From Acidobacteriota bacterium (GTDB lineage: Bacteria > Acidobacteriota > UBA890 > WLXD01), in assembly GCA_963666055.2 (NCBI GenBank), contig CAXWPH010000015.1, forward strand, positions 1,728,001-1,792,000: 64,000 nt of DNA, in the 5' to 3' direction. The position numbers and the translations under genes are program-made. Numbering within the stretch: the stretch's first letter is position 1; each line of letters starts with the position of its first letter. Positions 59,868 through 64,000 of the stretch are shown here, piece by piece. Below the pieces are notes generated by a model that saw only the letters and a program-made list of their open reading frames with translations, made no database searches and was not told the origin of the DNA.

Positions 59868-61351
59868 TGACGGATGCCGTACAGAGCTCTGGTCCGCGCT
59901 TCGATGCTGTTAGCGAGAGCCTCTCCCAGGCGCCAGCCGTTGAGCGCCTCTGTGCCGCTGTAGTAGGTCAGGTATCGCCGAGCAAGCTCCGGCGCATCGG
60001 CCTCGAAAAGCTTCAGCGCGGTCCGCTCGACGCTCTCCTGGCGCTCGATCAATCGTGCTTCGAAGGCCTCGAGCGCCTCCGTGACCTCGGGCAGGAACTT
60101 CTCCTGATGCTCCTCGGTCAGGTAGAGCAGGCGTTTGTAGGTGCGCAGTGCGAAGCGGGTGGACTCGACGCCACGCGCCGCATCCGACATGAATCCCGTG
60201 GCCTCGCCGCTGCTTAGGTAGCGGTGGCGTCGAAGCTCGAGCGGCACCTCGGTGGTGCCGATATAAAACGGGATGAACGGCGCCATCGACGACGTCGTTG
60301 CAGCGACCCAAAGCACCCCGAGCTCCGGGTGCATGCCCTTGCGCAGATGAGCCACCTGCCCGTAGCCGGCAGAGTCGCCGGTCAGCTCGGTGGTACGGAC
60401 CACGGCGATCATGTCCGTCAGGCCGACCTTGCCGGCCAGCTTCCGCAGTCGCTCCTCGATCATCACCACTGCCGGATGCCGCATCTGGCCGTCGCCGTAG
60501 ATCTTGTTGACGTTGAACGGCTCACCGGAGTCCGGGTGGTACCAGCCCTGCTCGACGGCGAACGACACCAGGTTGGGTGAGCCCATGTGGTCAGCGCTGG
60601 CCTCGAAGTCCACCGGGATGTCGCCGATATAACCGGGACGTGAGACTCGCACGTCGTCCGGACCGAGCCGCTCTGCCGCCCACAGCCCGTTGCCGCCGGC
60701 GAAGTTGATGAATACCCAGCCCTCGTCGGCATCGGCGAACAGGTGCGAGTTGCCGCCGTAGCTGGTGTAGCCGTACTCGTTGATCAGGCCGCCGATGATC
60801 TCGACCGCGCCGCGCGCCGTGCGCGCGCGCTGCAAGGCAATGCGCGCCAGATCGCTGTAGTTCGGACCGCCCAGTTGCGGATTGGGGGTCATCTCCACCA
60901 GCTCGCGCCGCGACGGTGACCAGACGTCGCGCGCCGCCACGCCGTGCTCGTTGAGACCGCCGTTCGTGAGCGGCTCCGGATAGCCAGCGTACTCGGAGTA
61001 GTTCATCGTGATGTACTTCGCGGTGCGCGCCGCCTGCGGGATCTGCGACATGCTGGCAGGCAACCTAGCGTTTTCCGTCGCGCCCACCCAGATCATCGTG
61101 CCCGGCGCATGGGTGCGCGCCGGCAAGATCTCCAGCCAGTGGCTCGAGGGCTCGTCGCCGTAGCCGCCGAGGAACACGCTGCCGTCGATCGTGAGGTTCT
61201 TGCCCACGTACACGCAGTAGCTCGCCCAGGCCGGGTTGGCAGAGGCCACAAGGGCGACCAGAACCATCGCCAGAACCCGCTTCGCCTTGGCTGTCGCGCT
61301 CTGGTCTCGAGCACCTAACGTACGCACCACGAAACGTTGCCGCTTCTTCAT
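59864..61351 (-). CDS. C69 dipeptidase-like Ntn hydrolase, secreted
   Basis: AWA|SYCVYVGK, GLNEHGVA, LQRARTARGAV, FADADEGW, FIPFY. Confidence 0.82.
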   Translation of the reverse strand: MKKRQRFVVRTLGARDQSATAKAKRVLAMVLVALVASANPAWASYCVYVGKNLTIDGSVFLGGYGDEPSSHWLEILPARTHAPGTMIWVGATENARLPASMSQIPQAARTAKYITMNYSEYAGYPEPLTNGGLNEHGVAARDVWSPSRRELVEMTPNPQLGGPNYSDLARIALQRARTARGAVEIIGGLINEYGYTSYGGNSHLFADADEGWVFINFAGGNGLWAAERLGPDDVRVSRPGYIGDIPVDFEASADHMGSPNLVSFAVEQGWYHPDSGEPFNVNKIYGDGQMRHPAVVMIEERLRKLAGKVGLTDMIAVVRTTELTGDSAGYGQVAHLRKGMHPELGVLWVAATTSSMAPFIPFYIGTTEVPLELRRHRYLSSGEATGFMSDAARGVESTRFALRTYKRLLYLTEEHQEKFLPEVTEALEAFEARLIERQESVERTALKLFEADAPELARRYLTYYSGTEALNGWRLGEALANSIEARTRALYGIRQ

Positions 61352-61443
61352 TACCACCACCTCTTCTCTCAGGGTTGCGGCTCCACCGGCCCTCCGACTC
61401 CGCCGATGTTCTCGAATCATCCGTTCCAGCGCCAAGACGGTAG

Positions 61444-63588
61444 TCAACGCCGCGCCTCGATCGCACGCAATAGTTCATCGTAGCGCCGGTTCGCCTCCAC
61501 GACGCGCTGCCGTATCAGCGGACGCTGGCGTTGCCACAGGGACTCGAGGTCGTCGTCCGTCTCCCAGAACTCCAGCTCGTGTACGGGAACGATCGGTGTA
61601 TCCACGAGTCGGCTCAATCGAGCTCGCATCACGTCAATGAGCGCCGGCGCACGCTCGGCGCTCCAGGAACCGTGGCCATCAACCTCAACGTAGACCGGCG
61701 ACGAGTGGGCGAGGGCCTGCGCCTTGCCGTAGGCGCGCACCGCCAACCAGGCCCCTGTTTGTGCGGTCAGCTGGTGGCGCAGCGTCAGGGTGCCTTCTGA
61801 GTCGGACGTCGACACGCTCGCCACAACATCGCCGTGAGCTACGAGCTCCAGCCGATCGAGCTCATCGATGTCGGGGTTGATGCGGGCGGTCGCCTCGATG
61901 TTCAGCACATCACCGCGCCCCGCGCTCATCGCTGAGCCCATGCCCTGCCCGTTGATCTCGAACGTCAGCATCGGACCGTTGGTCACGAAGGTGTTGCCTT
62001 TCTCCAGCGCGCCGTACCAGGCCTGCGGGGTGAACTCACCTTCTACGCGGGCGTAGCTGCGCACCGCGCCGGCCTGGTCGTAGTAGGGAAAGTCGGACCC
62101 TGCCACCGGGGTCAACTGGTAGCCGAGGTTGAGAAACTCGTACCACAGCTCGGTGTACAGCGATCCGCCCTGGAGAATCTCCACGAAGTCAACAAGGCCG
62201 AACGGAACGTCGAGCGCCAACCCCCAGGAGCCGTTGAACTCTTCCTGTCCTACGTGCGCGTAGCCGCTCACTCCACCTTGTTGGGCGTAATCCTCGAAGA
62301 CCTCGTGGTAGAGGAAGTACTGCTCGGGCCGGTGCAAGGGCTCGAGGATATTGAGCGATATGGTGTGGCCTCGTTGCGCCGTGCGCGGACCCTCGATGCC
62401 GGGGACGACGACGTGATCACCGACAAGGTGTTGCCCGTCAATTCCCCAGGCATATTGCGCGAAGTGAACTGCGGCCGGATTGTTCATCTCCAACGTGTTG
62501 GAAACGTGCACATCCTCGGCGCGGAGGTAGGCGCTGATGCGATCGTCGCCCGACTTGTCGGGGCGCGCGACGTGGATGTGAACATCGCCCGAATACCAGT
62601 TCCTGGCTGGCATATCGTCCCAGCGCGGAATCACCACTTCGAGCTCGAGCTCGCGCCCGACCTCGACCTTGAGCTGTCGTTCGATGATCCGATACTCGGG
62701 CCCCTTGGATACGACGAGGTGATAGGTACCCGCAGCAACCTCGGCGCGGTACCTGCCGTCGGCGTAGAACACGTGTCGGTTGTCGGCCGGCCAAGGCTGC
62801 GACAACCCGAACGTGCCGCCGCGCAGGAAGATCTGCCTGGCCTCGTCATCGTAAAAGTTGACGATCAGAGCATCGTCGCTGGGCAGCGGCATGCGACCGG
62901 TGGCGTCGTACAACCCGAGCCGCACCGGCGTGGGCTCGCCGCTTGCTCCGTCGATAAGACTCATCTCGACGTGCCCGAATCCGGCCGGCGCCGTGCTTCG
63001 GTATGAGCGCTTCAAAGCTACGGAGCACACGCTGAGGGTGTTCGGCTCGTCGGTGGCGCGCCGGCGGTTGGCACCGATCGCCGACAGAGCGATATCCGTC
63101 CCTCCCATGCCGCGGTTGGCGAAACGGGCGCGCTCGAGCGTGATGACCTCGCGGCGCCAGCGGCCGGCGGCGCGCTCCGGCGGCGCAATCTCGCTGACCG
63201 CCTCACTCCGTCCACTACGATCGTAAGAAAGCATGATGGTACCGGTGGCCTCGCTGTCGAGCTCCAGCTCGAGCTCCACCGTCTCATCGATATCGAACGC
63301 GAACGCGTCATCGACATCGAGCGCGATGAAGCTGGCCTCAACACAACGGCGTCCGTCGATCTCGTGGACCGTAGGAAGCTCGCGGCGCGGAAAAGCGAAC
63401 AGGCCGAGCGAATCCGGATAGCCGCCCGACAATGTGCGACCGACGTTCGGCATCGGCCAGTGAATCTCGACCAAACCGAGCGGGTTGGTATGCGCCAGCG
63501 CCTGGCTCGCCGCCCAGGCCAGCAGCAGCGCTACTGCGCCGGCCGCACAGAGCGTGGAACGTATTGGTACGGAGGTCATCCTTATCAT
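61444..63588 (-). CDS. CehA/McbA-family (PHP-like) metallohydrolase, secreted
   Basis: KGPEY, WYSGDVHIH, YAHV, WYEFLNLG...AGSD, GNTFVTNGP, AHSSPVY. Confidence 0.82.
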   Translation of the reverse strand: MIRMTSVPIRSTLCAAGAVALLLAWAASQALAHTNPLGLVEIHWPMPNVGRTLSGGYPDSLGLFAFPRRELPTVHEIDGRRCVEASFIALDVDDAFAFDIDETVELELELDSEATGTIMLSYDRSGRSEAVSEIAPPERAAGRWRREVITLERARFANRGMGGTDIALSAIGANRRRATDEPNTLSVCSVALKRSYRSTAPAGFGHVEMSLIDGASGEPTPVRLGLYDATGRMPLPSDDALIVNFYDDEARQIFLRGGTFGLSQPWPADNRHVFYADGRYRAEVAAGTYHLVVSKGPEYRIIERQLKVEVGRELELEVVIPRWDDMPARNWYSGDVHIHVARPDKSGDDRISAYLRAEDVHVSNTLEMNNPAAVHFAQYAWGIDGQHLVGDHVVVPGIEGPRTAQRGHTISLNILEPLHRPEQYFLYHEVFEDYAQQGGVSGYAHVGQEEFNGSWGLALDVPFGLVDFVEILQGGSLYTELWYEFLNLGYQLTPVAGSDFPYYDQAGAVRSYARVEGEFTPQAWYGALEKGNTFVTNGPMLTFEINGQGMGSAMSAGRGDVLNIEATARINPDIDELDRLELVAHGDVVASVSTSDSEGTLTLRHQLTAQTGAWLAVRAYGKAQALAHSSPVYVEVDGHGSWSAERAPALIDVMRARLSRLVDTPIVPVHELEFWETDDDLESLWQRQRPLIRQRVVEANRRYDELLRAIEARR

Positions 63589-63675
63589 CCTGGTAGTGAT
63601 AGCAAGCAGCCGGGGACCACACCAGCGTTGTCCGGGGGCGATCCTGAGCCGGCGCTAAGGTATCGTACCGGCGCC

Positions 63676-64000
63676 ATGATTTGCCGAAGCCCGTTTCCGG
63701 ACGTGGAAATCCCGCACGACGTGTCGCTCACCGACTTCGTCCTGCAAGGCGCAGCCGAGTACGGCGACAAGCCGGCGATGATCAACGGCGCGACCGATGA
63801 GGTCACCTCGTTCGCGGCGTTTGTCGCTGCCGTGTCGAACGTCGCCGCCAATCTTGCCGAGCGCGGGTTCAGCAGAGGCGACATATTCGCCTTCTACGCT
63901 GTCAACTCCCCTGAGTACGCCATCGCTTTCCTGGCGGTCGCGAAGCTCGGCGGCACCGTCACCACCGTCAACCCGTTGTACACCGAGGGCGAGCTCCAGC
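63676..64000 (+). CDS. AMP-binding enzyme (4-coumarate-CoA ligase-like), 3'-partial
   Basis: MICRSPFPDVEIP...GDKPAMI...NSPEY...TTVNPLYT. Confidence 0.8.
   Translation, partial: MICRSPFPDVEIPHDVSLTDFVLQGAAEYGDKPAMINGATDEVTSFAAFVAAVSNVAANLAERGFSRGDIFAFYAVNSPEYAIAFLAVAKLGGTVTTVNPLYTEGELQ

Overview
GC-rich bacterial DNA, probably Acidobacteriota (inferred from the Acidobacterial-type VWA protein, CRTAC1/ASPIC protein and TPR Ser/Thr kinase). The window has two parts. (1) About 1-17.9 kb is the right end of a decaying integrative island: P4-type tyrosine integrase, AlpA, remnants resembling a primase Zn finger and a terminase small subunit, one complete and one fragmentary IS3, secreted M23 and HNH cargo genes, and a defence block. 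The block holds a truncated DUF262/GmrSD gene and a type I R-M operon led by a Ymh/TIGR02391 HEPN-like gene. Its HsdR carries a C-terminal Schlafen/AlbA_2 domain with an intact ExxxxExK motif, which is the best candidate for an undescribed system. (2) About 18-64 kb is core and metabolic genome: gltX, ECF sigma operon, HU, hflX, comDE-like genes, kinase, M2 peptidase, yhbY, a single-module Clp ATPase, ccr, transporters and secreted hydrolases. It is sprinkled with a family of CTAG-bounded non-coding elements. Two of these are exactly 278 bp with unrelated terminal inverted repeats but a collinear internal double-hairpin core. All assignments come from motif recognition by eye; no database searches were run.
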